From the NCBI GenBank assembly GCA_047967505.1, contig CM106538.1: a stretch of DNA of 64,000 nucleotides. One strand, given 5' to 3'. Of this stretch, positions 38,581-53,900 are shown in pieces. The position numbers and the translations under genes were made by a program. The notes under the pieces are model-generated. The model did not search any database and was not told the origin of the DNA. It saw only the letters and a program-made list of their open reading frames with translations. This DNA comes from Dipteris shenzhenensis (lineage: Eukaryota). Position 1 is the first letter of the stretch, and the number at the start of each line of letters is the position of its first letter.

Positions 38581-40386
38581 AGATTGAGAAGGGAACAATA
38601 TTTATGTTGCTAGGCATTTTAATGGGTTTGGAATTTCTAGAAAACAAATATGGGATTTGGATTCATATATAGTTCTTCCAAGTTCATGACTTTCTTCTTT
38701 GGTTCTTCCTTGGTGGTTGATTTGTGATCCCACAATAGAACCATGTCACGTTCTTCAACAATGGTTGTACTTGACATATATCATCCACAATGCCAATTTG
38801 TGGCTTCTCTTGTTGTATGGAGATAAAAAGTTACAATATATCATTGGAAGGACTGGCATTTGATGGCATCTCTTTATAGCTTAAAATTTCAATGTACTTT
38901 GATTGGATATCATGTAGTTGGAGGCATGGACAATCCTCTGTTAGTATCTCTAAATATGTCCTTTGCTTTCATATTTTTTGAGTTGGACCTAGCACCTATC
39001 TCTTGTTTCTTGTTACATGTTGTGACATGACCTAATGCTCTATTAGTGCTTGCATTAAAGATGCTAGCTTTAGCTAGGTACTATAGTTTTTCCTTCTACT
39101 TCGATTCTATAGGTACCATACTTTTTCCTTCTAGCTTGATTCTATAGGTACCATAGTTTTTCCTTCTAAGTCGATTCTATAGGTACCATCTCTACTAGTC
39201 ATCATGTTTGTGGATGTTATTAATTGCACATTCTACTTCAATCATGCCCTTCATCAAAACTTTTTGTAGCTTTGTTGTGAACACCCGTACTTTGTACTTT
39301 GGATCTTGAATTTGAGCTTTCATAGTTTTAAACTACATGAACTTGCCATCCTAACTTTTGGCATGCAAGCTCATCATACTTTTGTGGGCACCTTAGTTTT
39401 TTGAGTAAGCTTATTTCTTATAATACTATTGTCAAATTGTGCACTATGACTTAAGTTCATCAATGGTTTAAAAAAATTTCATGCTCCTCTTTTCCTTATT
39501 CCAAGCATCTTTCACATTACATTTTTTGTTATTTCTTAATATACATATGTATTATAGCTATTTGCAACTCTAGATTGTAATTAATCATTAGCCTTATATG
39601 ACTCACACACAAGTAGCAATCAATGATGTGATCCTTTTTTTCAGTGTTTGCTAGTGATGCAAGATGTAATAACCTTCGTTGCCATAGGATAGCCATGGTG
39701 ATGTGAGTTCTCAATCTGGCTTTAAAGGGACGAGTGGTTTCCAATAGCAACAAATCCTTCTTCCAAACTTGAATCCATAATGACCTAGGGCCCTACTACC
39801 AAGCCATAGCCAAATTGGACATTATGAACCCACTCTATACACTTATCCTATGAAAACATTGTGCAATTAGTGTGCACAACCTACAAGAGACCACAGGTAA
39901 GGTTTTAGGGCATTATTTTCAATTGGGATCAATAGTTATACCAAGCTTTTGCATAAAGGCATATGGCATAATTACCTACCCAAACATGGCTCAACCTCAT
40001 GTACAAGTTTTCTTTTCTTGGTCTTTTGTGGCTTGCAAATGTGTAGCCATGCTACCCTTGTAAAACATTTTTTTGCCCATCTAGTGGACTTTATGGAGGT
40101 ATTGTGCTCATGGGATTATGCCTGAAATTTCCATGGAAGATTTCATATCCACGAGAGAATGGAGTAAGGCATGGTCTCATTAACTCCTAGGAAGCTCATG
40201 TCTCTAGAGAAAATGTGGGATAGAAACATGTAGGATTTTACAAAAAACTAATCATATGTTGAGTGCTCTTGCTAGAGTGCTAGGGGCATGCTAATTTCAG
40301 CCATATGGTACCATATTGCTACCTTGTAGTGTAAGAGATGCTTTCCCACATTAGTGTTCATGGGTGCTCCCTCTTTGTTTTACATG

Positions 40387-40437
<51 letters not shown>

Positions 40438-43400
40438 AAGAAACTTGAATAGTCAAGGACTAAGATTCCAAATGCCAAATGTTAGTTTAGGACTGAGGGT
40501 CCATCCTAGTGTCTTAGAGGACTTATTTATTAAATCAGTTATGGATTGAGTGTCTCCACCTTTATGTTGGTGTCTTAGAAAATTTGAAATCTTTAATGAG
40601 AGCAATGCCTTCACGATATACTACCAACTTGCCATTCTTTTGAGCTTCTCATACTTTCTAAAGTTCATTAGCCTTCATCTTAAATGTTGAGGGGTAAGAT
40701 CTTCTGCTATCCATATCTTGGTACCTTTCAAGGCCCTGGTTTGGCGAAGAATTGCCAACCTATATTCTCATGTCTTAAATCTGATTATGGCATGATTTTG
40801 TGCTATGCATTGGAATGCCTCAACTATTGTAGTGTCCAAAGTGATCATTGCCATGGCATCTGCTATATTCTCAAGGCATTGTTCAAGTGGGTCACTTTGC
40901 AAATGATCATTAATGTGGTGAACTACCTACTGTTGAAGGTACTACGGGTGTTAGATGTAAGAATGTGAAAATCAATGATAGATATGAAGGGATTGATGCC
41001 AGTAGGGACTAACAAAGATTTTTAGGCAAGGCTTGTTCAATTTAGTCTCGTTTAAATACGTGTAAATTTACAACTAGACTATATGTTCATACCAGAATTT
41101 AGCAAAAGAGTTTAGTCTCATTTAAATTCATGTTAATCTACAACTAGACTACATGTTCATACAAGAATTTAGCAAAATAGTTTCCTTTCTTTGTTCCTTT
41201 TGTGTGTTAGTTTGGTTGATGAAGAGGATGTCGTTTCGATGAGTGATGAGGCAAAATGAAACTATGCTATGAGTAGGTTTAAACTTGGATCCTTTATTTT
41301 CCCCTAAAGGAAGAGGATTGGTGTAAAGAATATGAGATGTGAATTTTTCTCTTTTTATAATACCTCAAAATTATTTATGGTACAAAATCTTATGGCACTT
41401 TGACGATTTGTCACACCTTGTACATGGTGATGCGGTAGTACATATACCATAGAAATGAGGTGGTAATGTGTCACATTGCTACTATTATCATAGCTCAGCT
41501 CTTAAGCTATAAGCTAGCTGCTAACTGTCAATCAATGCTAATTAGATTGCTTATGTAGTAGTGATGAGGTGGGCCTATTGGATGACATGGTGTTGCCAAA
41601 TGATGTGTCACTATCAGATGACATCCAGATGACATGGCCTATTGGATATGTGCTAGATCTAAATAATGTGGCAATTTGGATGTGGTGACAGTATCAGATG
41701 ATGTGGCCTACTAAAGTTTTGGGTATTGTGATTTGGATCGAAAGATTCCATGCCAATGGATGGACAAGAAGATTGGAGGGAGAAGAGGATGGGGTTCGGC
41801 TGGATAAGACATCCTGTCTTCTCCCTCCTTGCCTACATTTGACTCACATGCTGAGCAGATACAAACAAGATTTTGAATTGATAGTTACCCACCCTCTTGG
41901 AAAAGAAAGCTCTCTAAGAATCCACATCTACACATCCACTTGGAACGAGGATGTTCAGAAGGTCACAGAGAACCCTTTCCCACAACTCGCTAGTGTCCAT
42001 ACCAAGGCTATGATGGAAAGCCCTAGAGAAATGAGAGCATGTAGACTGAGTGCAGCCACCTAGTAGAAACCACCCGACCTTCTTATATGCAAGAGCACTC
42101 CAAGACTTCAAAGGAGCACCTTTGCCACACCCTTCCCAAGAACCAAGCATATCCTTACACTCCTAGCTCCTTCTCAACCATGATTGAGGATTCTCCTCAA
42201 TTTGCCATGCCATTCAAAGTTCCACTCCAAAAAAGAGAATGTGCTATAGGAAGGATATAGTGCACCAACAAATCCTATTGGAACACCAAAGAATTCATGA
42301 GGGATTCAAGAGAGAGCCACTAAAGGAGGGACACCTTCTTCTTCACAAGACATTTTTGTATGTATGACTTTGGATGAGGATTTGCATTAGAATTCCATCC
42401 ATATACTTAGAACAACCTAACTTTGGATGAGGATTTGCATCAGAATTCTATCGATATCCTTAGAACAACATGGCTGGATAGGTTATCTACCAAGATCCCA
42501 TACTCTATCTGCTTTTCGTGGTTCAAAAGGTTAACTTGGGTGAAAAAGGGGCTCATAATTGTCCGTTCCTCTACAAATCATATGTATTTCTTCTTGAGGA
42601 GGAAATGACCACAAGAGACTTACATTAGGAATTGTAGAAAATTAGAAATCTTCTTTATTACATGTAGATTTGCTTGCAATGGCAAGAAGCTTGGCACAAA
42701 ACTATATCGCATGGAATTCTTCCAAAGCAGGTTATGTGTTTTTGTGAGTTTTGAGAATTTGTCTTTAGGAAGACTCGTATAGAGGCGCTTTTGTGTGGAT
42801 GAAGTGTTGGATTCATGATGCAAATTTTGAGAAGTTCTTATAGTCTAAGGGTTTTTGGTGGGGTTCAATGTGGTGGGATTGATAGATGCGTGCCTAGAAT
42901 TGATTCAAAGGCTTATTCTCTTTCCTCTGTCTCTCTCTTAACTTAATGAACTAAACATTTAGACTTTTACAAGTCTTACAATAGAAGAAAAAGAATTAAA
43001 TAAATAACTGTAATTTTGTATTAATTTAAACAAAATTAACTTTTAAAATTAAAAATTTTAAGTTTATATTTAGCTCTAATTATTAATGCTAGGGAGGGGA
43101 GGGCAGCGGGGGTGATGGGAGGAGGGTGGCAATGAGGGGAGGCCAGAAGGAAGCGAAGAACTGTGGTGAGAAGGAGAGGTGAAAGAGGGTCTAGATTGCT
43201 GAGAGTCTGAGGCAAAAAGTGCTCACAAAAGGACATGTAATTTTTTTAAAAAGCTATATCATAAAAATTTTAAATAATTAATTTGAATATAAATATAAAT
43301 TTAGATTTAAATTTGATATAGATTTAAATTTAAACTCTTTAAAAAAATGCTAAATTAAATTTAAATGTAATTTTAAACTAAGATGACATTAATTCTAAAT

Positions 43401-43761
43401 TTAGACTTAAATTTAAATCTAAATTCAAAATTTTAATTTTAGTTTAAATTTTTTAAACAAATTAAATGGTCAGGATAAAACTAAATTAAAGCTTATCTTT
43501 AAAAAAAGTTAAAACTTTTAAACAAAAAAAATAATTCGAAAAATGGGGGGAGGAGCGGGGTGCGAGTCGAGGAGAAGCGATGAGGGTTGAGAATAGGGCA
43601 GGAGAGGGGGTGGGGGGATAGTGAAACAAGAGGGCTACGCAGCCCCTTGTTGCATGCACAATTGGTTTGGGGGGCAGGAGAGGGGGGGGGAGGGCTAGTA
43701 GGTGTAAATCCCCACCCCCACCATAGCCCACCTTTGTGTTTCGATCCCCACCCAACTTGAT

Positions 43762-43813
<52 letters not shown>

Positions 43814-44124
43814 GCCAAGAGGAGAGAAAGAGAGGGAGGGAGAAAAGAAGAGTGGAGAGGAGAAGAGAGGAGAGGGGCAACGAGGAAGAAGGGAGGAAGA
43901 GGAGGGATTGGTGGAAGGGAGGCAACAATGGAGGGAGGGAGAGGAGAGGGTGCAGCGAGGGAGAGGGGGAGAAAGAGGGGGAGGAGAGGGGAGGGAGGAA
44001 GAGAGGGAGAGGAGGAGGAGGGGGAGGGGGAGGGTTAATGGGCATGGACAAATTATTTATATATCAGAATTGTGAAGAATTTTTTAGATCACATTTATTA
44101 TACGACACATGTATGAAATTACCT

Positions 44125-44525
44125 TAAACCCTAAACCTTCATCTTAAGCCCTAGACCCTAGACCTTAAACCCTAGACCTTAGACTCTATACCCTATACCC
44201 TATACCCTATATCCTAGACCCTAAAAGCTAGACCCTAGACCCTAGACCATAAACCCTAAACCCTAGATCTTAGACCCTAGACCCTATACCCTAAATCCTA
44301 GACCCTAGACCCTAGACCCAAAGCCCTAAACCATAGACCCTAGATTCTAAACCCTTGACCCTAGACTATAAACTTTAGGCCTAAAGCCCTAAATCCTAAA
44401 CCCTAAACTATACCCTAGATCCTAGACCCAAGATCCTGGAGCTTAGACCTAAACCCTAGACCCTAGAACCTAGACCCTAGATCCTAGAGCTTAGACCTAA
44501 ACCCTAGACCCTAGAATCTAGATCC
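44125..44525. repeat. Degenerate interstitial telomere-like heptamer array (CCCTAGA/CCCTAAA/CCCTATA)
   Basis: About 400 bp of 7-bp units dominated by ACCCTAG, interspersed with canonical plant CCCTAAA. Confidence 0.9.
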
Positions 44526-47455
44526 TCTCTATCTGACACATCAGTAATGACTACCTTGTCAACAGTAGTTGATTGTAATGCCACATCAGTAGCTGACTAT
44601 ACTACCATGTCAGCAATAGCTGACTGTACTGCCATGTCAGTAGCCGACTATAGTGCCACATCACCACTGACACATCATCTACCAGCTATCAGTGCCATGT
44701 CACCTGAGCCATGTCATTAGTTGACATCACTGTCATTTCAGCATGTCCACATCATCATCTATGTCATCAAGCCACGCCAGCACTACCATATCATCAAGTC
44801 CAGTCAACTACCACCTCATCATCTGCCACATGGCACTGACCCTTGCCAGGCATAGTCACCCCACTGTAGGCACACTTTTAGTGCATGTGAACCAAGATGC
44901 CACCTCACTAGTGCTCTGCTAGCACACCTTTCCACAGGCACTATTTTTGCATGTGACCCCCTCTTGCCACATCATCACTAGCACTTTTTCCCACCCTCCA
45001 CCTAGATCAAGCCGTATCTCTTGATCCATGAAGAATTTGAGGGCACTCCAAAAAGGATAAACGCTCGATTTTTTGTGCTCTACATGCTTGTCACATCATG
45101 CGCACATTTTGGTGCAAGTATCAGACACTTTGAGCCTCAATAGTGATAAATCCACTTCCTTCATGCACATCAGCCTCTACATCGACGCATCTGATCCAAC
45201 ACCTAAAATGAACAAAAAAAAGGAATTATTTGCTACTTTTACATCGCTCAGCACGATTGGTCTGGATCTAGTTCAAAGTACTTTAGATCATCCTAACAAA
45301 GAGAACTCCAAAGAAGCAGCCAATCGAAGGCATGCCGAAAAATTCTAGGAATAGTTCCTACTCGGAGGCAATCCCTTTGCTCACATGTGGTTTCACATCA
45401 TCACATTACATGAAACCCGGCGTTCCAGAGTTCAATGAGCAGAATTTAGAGTGTTCAGAGGCATGGATTGATTGTTCAGTGTGGGCAAATAGCACATGAT
45501 TTGATTTCACACACACATTCCATCATTGTAAAGCCTATTTGGCTATTTTCTAGCATTGTGCATGTTATTTCAAGCGTTGTAAAGCCTCTTGGCTATTCTC
45601 AACATCATTTGCCACAAGTCTTGTAATAGATTGGATTATATATTGCAGGTTCTATCTTCATCGATAGTTTAGATTTCAAGTGATATAGTCAGTGTTTTGC
45701 AGTTGATTCAGATAGTGATTTCACATTACATTTCTTGCACCATGTCTACAACTAGCAGCCTCAATTTAGAGGCATTTGCTAAGCTAGACAACTCCAATTA
45801 CGGCACATGGAAATACCGAATGGAGACCATTCTTGTACTTCAAGAGAAATGGGAGTATGTTGATGGGTTTATACCTAGACCATTGGGCGATCGAGCCATA
45901 GTAGTAGCTCTAATCCACATGTTGCCACAACACCAGCAATAGGATCTATAGTGGGATCTACACCTACACCAACAGTGATCACACTTGTAGCAGATCCTGC
46001 CATTGCCTAAGCACAAGCAGAATGGGACAAGAAATACAAATATGTAAATCATTTGATCAAGCAAAATGTGCAAGATGTCATGCTAGGACAACTTAACATA
46101 ATCAAGACATCAAAAGAAGCATGGGATATGCTCGTAGTTCTCTATGAGTCCAAGAACACTTCTAGGGTTCTCACATAGAGAAATCAAATCAACCAGAGTT
46201 TTTGCAACTAGGATTCTCACACAGAGAACTCAAGATCAAGGACTACAACAATCAACTCATTGCAACAGGAGAGACCATGAATCCCACAGAACTGGTTTGA
46301 ATCATCCTTAATGGACTAGGAGAGGGATATGAGAAAATAGTCTAGAGTATTGCCATTCAACATCAAATTCCAACACTTGATGAACTCGAGTCAGTTTTAC
46401 TTGGTGAAGAACTCAGGACGCAAGCCATTTGCGAATGCAAAGGTCATTCCAATGATCAAGCATTCACAGCTTCAGATAGAAGCAGAGGTAAGGAGGCAGA
46501 GGTAGATCATTCTAGCAAAGTAGTCCATCATCACCAACAAAGTCAGCATCAAAGTCAAAATCAACATCAACATTAGAATCCAAGAGGAAATCATTCCAAT
46601 CGAGGAAGATTCCAAGGACAAGGGAATGCATCCACCAACATGTCAAACATTTAGTCCAATTACTATCATAAGTTTGGACACCATGAAAGAGATTGCCGCA
46701 AGAAGCAATATGACCAAGGCAGACAATCCAGCAGCAATCGAGGAAAATTTCACGAAAGAGGAAACCAATGCGGTGGACATTCAAGTCACAATCATTATGC
46801 AAATGAACAGAGAATATGTTTCTTACAAGTGAGGATATGTAGAATACTAAAATAGTATATCTTGACATTGATTGCAATTCAAAAGAGGAATTCAGTTATC
46901 AAGGCAACTAAGCAAATCAGGATCCTTGGTACATTGACATCGGTGCATCATCTCATATGACAAAGCATTAGGAATGGTTCATAGAGATGAAACCATTAGA
47001 ATGATAGAAGAATGTCATCTATACGGTAGATAATACACCGAATCCACTTCAAGGGAAAGGCATTGTCCCTATGAACAATTTCACTGGTACGAAAGGATTG
47101 GTGAAAGATGTACTCTATATTCCGAAACTCAGCAAGAATCTCTTATCAGTTGGTCAAATGACGAAACACAACTATCGAGTCATCTTTGATGGAGATGAAT
47201 GCACAATCAGAGACAAGTCTAGAGGATATTAGGTAGTAGGAAAAGTAGTCAAGTCAGTACCAGATTTGCATGCCAGGTCAGATCAACCGCAACAAATGCC
47301 ACTTTTTGCAAAATGGCACAAGAGATATGGACATGTCAATTTCAAAAGCTTAATAAAGCTCAGAAATTAGAATATGGAAATTGGAATTCCAAATCTTCAG
47401 TTTCTTGGAAAAATTTGTGAATCATGCTGCTTTGGTAAACAAAAGCAAACCGATT

Positions 47456-48489
47456 TGTTGGGGAGTGGGAGTTAAGATGGACATCATGGAAGAGAGTGTG
47501 GGAACCAAATGGAAAAATGTTCCATTGGGTTGAGAGGAAGTCCTCTCTTTTATAGAATGGGAGAGAGGGTGGCCTAAATCAATGGCACCTCTCCTACAAC
47601 AAAGGAGGTAACTCCCAAATCATAGGAACTCCACAATCATAGGCACCACCCCATGTGGGGGCCTTTGCATTACATCATCACCTATGTCATGGCCTATGGC
47701 ACTAAGTGTGCTTCTCCTACACACACACACAACCATATGACTGCTAGTGGATGCACACATGCTCCTAGCAAGCCCTTGATCACACATATCCCAACATACC
47801 CCCTGTTAAGGGTTTGCCTCATGCTATGTCAAGGATACATCTAGTCACATAGTTTCACATGCCATCTCATGGTGGTCAAGGATAAACCTATGGCTACGAT
47901 CTCATTCTAGCAAAGCTGCCCAAGGGTCAAGGTTTACAAAATGGGATAGAACCCCCCAAATGGTTATCTCCCTTGCATGTACAAGGATGAATCTTAGGCC
48001 TTTGTGTGGACCTAGTTCTCATGTTTGCAAGAGGTACCATGGGAGCAAACACATATCACCTGGCCTACATCATATGGTGACTAGAGATGATTTACAAAAG
48101 ACAAAACACATAACATTCTTTTTGGAGTACTATTCCAGGCAGAGAACCTCAAAAATTTGACCAAATGATGATAAATAAAGTTCAAAAGACAAAGTGCTCA
48201 AAAGGCATAGTTTTTATCTTCTACCACAAAGTCTGATTCTTCATTTGTTGATGGACTAAGCTCAATGGCACCTCTCCTACATCAAAGAAGGTAACTCCTA
48301 AATCATAGGAACTCCACAATCATAGGCACCACCCCATGTGGGGGCCTTTGCATTACATCATCACCTGTGTCATGGCCTATGGCACTAAGTGCGCCTCTCC
48401 TACACACACACACACACACACACAACCATATGATTGCTAGTGGATGCACACATGATCCTAGCAAGCCCTTGATCACACATATCCCAACA
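47456..48489 (-). mobile_element. Internally deleted LTR element (1034 bp) inserted in copia B2
   Basis: TGTTGGG...CCCAACA ends with flanking 5-mers CGATT/CAATT (one mismatch). Full LTR 47456-47796 with an adjacent purine tract on the minus strand. Partial second LTR 48261-48489 matches 47579-47796. Confidence 0.85.
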
Positions 48490-50792
48490 CAATTTTAGGA
48501 GAAGTACCTCTCGAGCTAGAGTTATTCTTTATTTGATTCACACAGATAAATGGGGTTATGCTTAGATCCACAACATCAATGGTTCACTTTACTACTTGAA
48601 TTTCATCGATGACTATAGTAGATATTGTTGGGTCTACTTTCCAAAAGAGAAATCTAAAGTTTTTTCCAGATTTCAAGAATTAAAAGCCATGGTAGAAAAC
48701 CAGACATGCAGAAAGATCAAAGTCATGAGATCAGACAGAGGAGGTGAATACATGTCTTCAACATTCATGAACTTTTGCAAACATCATGGCATTCGAAGAC
48801 AATTCACTTGTGCAAATACTCCTCAATAGAACGCAAGAGCTAAGAGCAAGAATGGTACTTAAGTAGACAGTGCTCGAGCAATGCTTAGTGAGAAGCATCT
48901 TTTGAGTCAAGTATTGGGTAGAAGCAATAGCCATTGCAAACTACTTGCTTAATTGGCTTTTGACTTAACCGATTGAGGGTATGACACCTTATGAAGCATT
49001 CACTAGACAGAAGCCATGCATTGGGCATCTCCGCATATTTGGTTGCATAGAATATGCCCACATACATGACGACCATTGCAAAAAATTGGATGTGAAGTCA
49101 CATAAATGCATCATGGTTGGCTGCAGTGAAGAAAGTAAAGCATACAAGTTGTATAATCCCATCAACTGCAAGGTCATTCTCTCCGGAGATGTAATCTTTA
49201 ATGAGGAATCAGAATGGAAAACCTCAGGAGATAGACGCACTGATTATAGAGTTATCTACAAAAAAGGTTGATGAAGAAGAGCAAGAATTGCCAGAAGCAC
49301 CCCAAGAAGAGCCACAACAACTCAGATGGCCTACTAGGGAAAGTAGACCACCAGCTAGATTGACATATGCTAAAAAAGGCAAAGCAATTTAAGTTGAAAC
49401 CACCAACTATGCTCTTATGACTACCATCATGGCTACAGAAGAGCCAGGGTACTTCGAAGACGCAGTTGACAGGCCAAAATGGCAAACTGATATGAATAAG
49501 AAATGGATGCTTCGTACAAGAATAGTACTTGGAAATTATGTGACCTTCCACCAAGAAAGACGACCATAGCAAAAAAATGGGTATACAAAGTGAAGTATAA
49601 TCCAGATGCAAGGATGGCAACTGTAAGAGTAGTCATTGCTATGGCTGCATGAAAGGGATGGTCTTTACATCAGATGGATGTAAAGAATGCCTTCTTGCAT
49701 GGTGATTTGCAAGAAGAGGTCTGTATGGAGCAGCCACCAGGTTATGAAATCCAGACTAGTTGCAAAAGGATTTGCAAAGTAGTACAGTCAAGACTATGAT
49801 GAGACTTATGGTCCAGTGGCAAAGATGAATTCTATACGGTTCTTGATATCACTAGCGACAATAGATGGAATGTGTACCAGGTTGATGTCAAGAATCATTT
49901 TCTCAATGGTTACCTAGACAAGGAAGTCTACATGCAACAACCAATAGGTTATGTTGAACCAAGAAAAGAGAATCAAGTTTGTCATCTCAAGAAAAGTCTC
50001 TACGGCTTAAAGCACGCACCCAAAAGTTGGTACAACAGAAGCAACAAATATTTTGCTAATCTGGGATTCATGAAATCCAATGTAGATCACACTATCTACT
50101 ACAAAGTTCAAGGGGAAGACATTACTATTGCATTTTTGTATGTAGATGATCTGATTGTGACTGGGAGCAATGATAACTTCATCAAAAGGTTGAAACAAGA
50201 CTTATCTAAAGACTTATGCACTATTGTCTTGGAATTGAGTTATGGAGAGATTCAAACAACCCCTTTATGAAGCAGCTGAAATATGTTGACACTCTCCTGA
50301 AGAAGTTTCATATGGCAGATTGCAAGATTACAGTCACTCCCATGGAATAGAGTTTGAAACTTACAAAAGATTCAGAAAATCCTACCGTCAATGACATGTA
50401 CTATTGGCAGCTCATCGGATCTCTTATATATCTGACTATCATACGGCCAGATATTTGTTATGCAACAGTAAGCTCACTTGCACAGTTTATGGAAAATCCA
50501 AATCAGTCTCAGTGGAATGCAGCTAAAAGAGTCTTGAGATACATTAGAGGTACAAGACAGTTTGGAATAGAATACAGAGGAAGTCATCCAAGGTTGCATG
50601 GATACTGTGACAGTGACTATGCCAGAGATCATGAGACCAGGAGATCCAATCAGGGATAAGCATTTTTCCTTGATCAAGGTGCTATATCATGGTTTTCAAA
50701 CTAACAGCCAATTGTTTCTTTGTCTTCAATAGATATGTGGCTTAGTTTGTGACCACTCTTGGAAACGGATGCTAGATGAGAATACACTCATG

Positions 50793-50963
50793 TGAGAGTG
50801 CTCTCAATGGAAGCAAGAACGGAAGAGGGAGAGAGAGAGACAGAGAGCCACACAAGTTTTGGTGGGTGCAGAACCACCCAAATCTTCTTTTTCATTTATT
50901 TATATATGTGTTTGAGTATTGTACATAACCGGGGTAAAGGCATAGTGACCTTTAACCCCCACA
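50793..50963 (-). repeat. 3' LTR of copia A2
   Basis: 171 bp, TG...CA. Nine substitutions versus 56512-56682 by manual comparison. Confidence 0.95.
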
Positions 50964-53900
50964 ACCTCCCACTTAAAGGACAATGTGCCTTTAAGGGAGA
51001 ACAACCAGTGAGCATACTATCCAATGTCCATCAATACATGACAATACTCAAACCGCTGACTAGGTAGACTCTTCGTCAACAAATCTGCAGGGTTATCATC
51101 TGTATGAACCTTGACAAGCTCTATGCGCTTGTCCTCAAGTACCTCCCTGATGAAATGGTACCTAACCTCAATGTGTTTGGTCTTTGCATGAAAGACCGGA
51201 TTCCGTGCTAGCTGAATAGCACTCATGAATCACTATGCAATGTCGGTACACCTGTATGAATCCCCAAATCTCCCACTAGCCGATCAAGCCATATAGCCTC
51301 CTTGCAACCCTCTGTGGCTGCAACATACTCAGCCTCTGTGGTAGACAAAGCAATGCACTTCTATGCGCGAGACATCCACGACACTGCACCACCTGCAAAG
51401 GTGAACACATAACCAGAAGTGGATCTCCTACTATCCACATGCCCTGCATAGTTTGAATCTGTGTACCCAAGTACATGCATGTCTCCTCTACCAAAGCAGG
51501 TGCACATCTCCTTGGTACCTTTCATGTACCTCATGATGCTAGTGCCTCTTTCCTAGATTAGCCATATATAGGCTAACAACTCCCACTGCAAATGCAATGT
51601 CTAGTCTAGTAGCTATCATAGCATACATAAGACTCCCAACTGCTAATGCATAAGGAACCTTGGCCATCATGGCCCTTTCCTCATCTGATTTGGGACTATC
51701 TGTATGACTCAGTTTCACATATGGAGGCAATGGAGTACTCACTGCCTTCCCCCCCTCCATATTGAAATGCTGCAATACTTTTGTAACATACTCTTTTTGT
51801 GAAAGCCAAAGGAGTTTCCTACTCTGATCATGTGTGATGCGCATACCAAGAATATGACCTACAAGTCCCAAATCCTTCATATCAAAGGCCTCATGCAACT
51901 TGGCCTTTAATGCATCTAGCTCATAAGTATTCCTGCTAGCCAATAGCATATCATCCACATATAGTGCCAAGATTATCAGGCTATTATCCTTAGCACTTTT
52001 AGTGTAGAGGCAGTGATCAATTTCACTCCTAAAACCCTGGCACCGAATGAAAGCATCAAACTTCTGATACCATTCTCTAGGCGCTTGCTTAAGACCATAG
52101 AGACTCTTCTTCAGCTTGTAAACTAAATGCTCTTTGCCCTTTTCTTCAAAGCCTTCCGGCTGCACCATGTAAATTTCCTCATGCAAATCCCCATGTAAGA
52201 AAGCTGTCTTGACATCCATCTGCATAAGCTCCATATCCTCTGCAGCCACTAGTCCAAGCATGCATCTAAGTGTGGTCATCTTCACAACCGGAGAGAATAT
52301 CTCATCAAAGTCCACACCCTTCTCTTGCTTGAACCCTTTAGTGACCAAACGGGCCTTGTACCTAGGCACATCATCACCTGTGACCTTCATCTTGTAGACC
52401 CATTTACATGGCAATGCTTTCTTTCCATGTGGCAAAGAAACCAAGTCCCAAGTCTTATTCTTCATAAGTGAACTCATCTCTGATTGCATAGCATACTCCC
52501 ACTTGCATTGATCCTCGCGCATCATAGGCTCTCTGTAGCAAGAAGCCTCCCCGCAATCAGTAAGCATCACATAGTCTACCCCTGGAACAAACCTATCAGG
52601 AGGTCTAGACACTCTAGATGATCTTCTCAAGGGCATTTCAACTTGCTATCCCACCTGCATATCAGCCACATTTGGCTCATCATTTCCACTAATCCATCAT
52701 CTACCCTTGATTGTATACCTGTAGAAGTACTTGGTGGTACCATTTCTTGCACATTTGGTGCATGGACAGCTTGTTGTCTATCAACATATGCAGGTGGATT
52801 CACATCCTGGAAAGTGATTCTCCTCATTTCCACATCCCTGATGGGTGCCTTATGCATCTTCTTCTCATTGAAGACTACATCATGGCTGCGTATGATCTTC
52901 TTTGCTTCTGGATCCCAAAGACGATAGCCCATCTCTCCACTTTCACCATAACCCAGAAAGATGCATTTCCTAGACTTAGGATCTAGCTTCTTTTGAAGCT
53001 CTTTTGGCACATGTGCATATGCCTCAAACCCAAATATATGCAAATGAGAGTAAGAGGGCTTCTTGCCACTCCATGCCTCTTCAAGAATACCACCATCCAA
53101 ACTCTTACTAGGTGATTTATTGATCACATGCACTGCAGTCTTCATTGCCTCAGCCCAAAAACCACCAGAAAGACTTGCATTAGAAAGCATGCATTGTAAC
53201 CTTTCTTGAATGGTACGGTTCATCTTTTCTGCAACTGGATTTTGCTCTGGAGTACCCTCGTGAGGGGATGTGAGCTCCCTCTTAATCCCACGTGTATCAC
53301 AGAAATGCTGAAAGTCATGAGAGAGATACTCTCCACCATTGTCAGTCCGTAGGCATTTAAGCGTTCTACCTGACTGATTCTCAACCAAGGCCAGCCATTT
53401 CTGAAATACCTGGAATACATCACTCTTCCGAGCTATAGCATAAGCCCACACTTTCCTAGTTGCATCATCAATGAATGTCACATAGTATTCAACCCTGCCT
53501 AATGACCGTGTAGGCATGGGACCACATACGTCTGAATGCACCAAATCAAGCTTTTCAAACTCTTTCTTTCCCCTTCTTTTATGGGCTGATTTAGTATGCT
53601 TCCCATAGAGACAGTGCTCACAAAATTCAAAATTAGAGAAACTCAAATGCAGTACATAACCCAAACGGCATAAGAGTTTCATTCCATTCTGGCTCATGTG
53701 CCCCAACCTGCAATGCCACAAAGAAGTTCTTAGTTGCTCAGTTATTGCAACAACATGATCAAATACCCCTGATACATGTAAGGGATACAAAGTCCCACAC
53801 TTGGCACCCCTGGCCACAAGCATAGAGCCCTTCTGAATTTTCCAACTCTGAAAGCCAAAAGTGGTGTGAAAACCAGCATCATCTAGCTAACCCACTGAAA

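Noticed and set aside
44125-44525. True telomere or chromosome end
   Set aside because: Short, internal, highly degenerate and dominated by a non-canonical unit.
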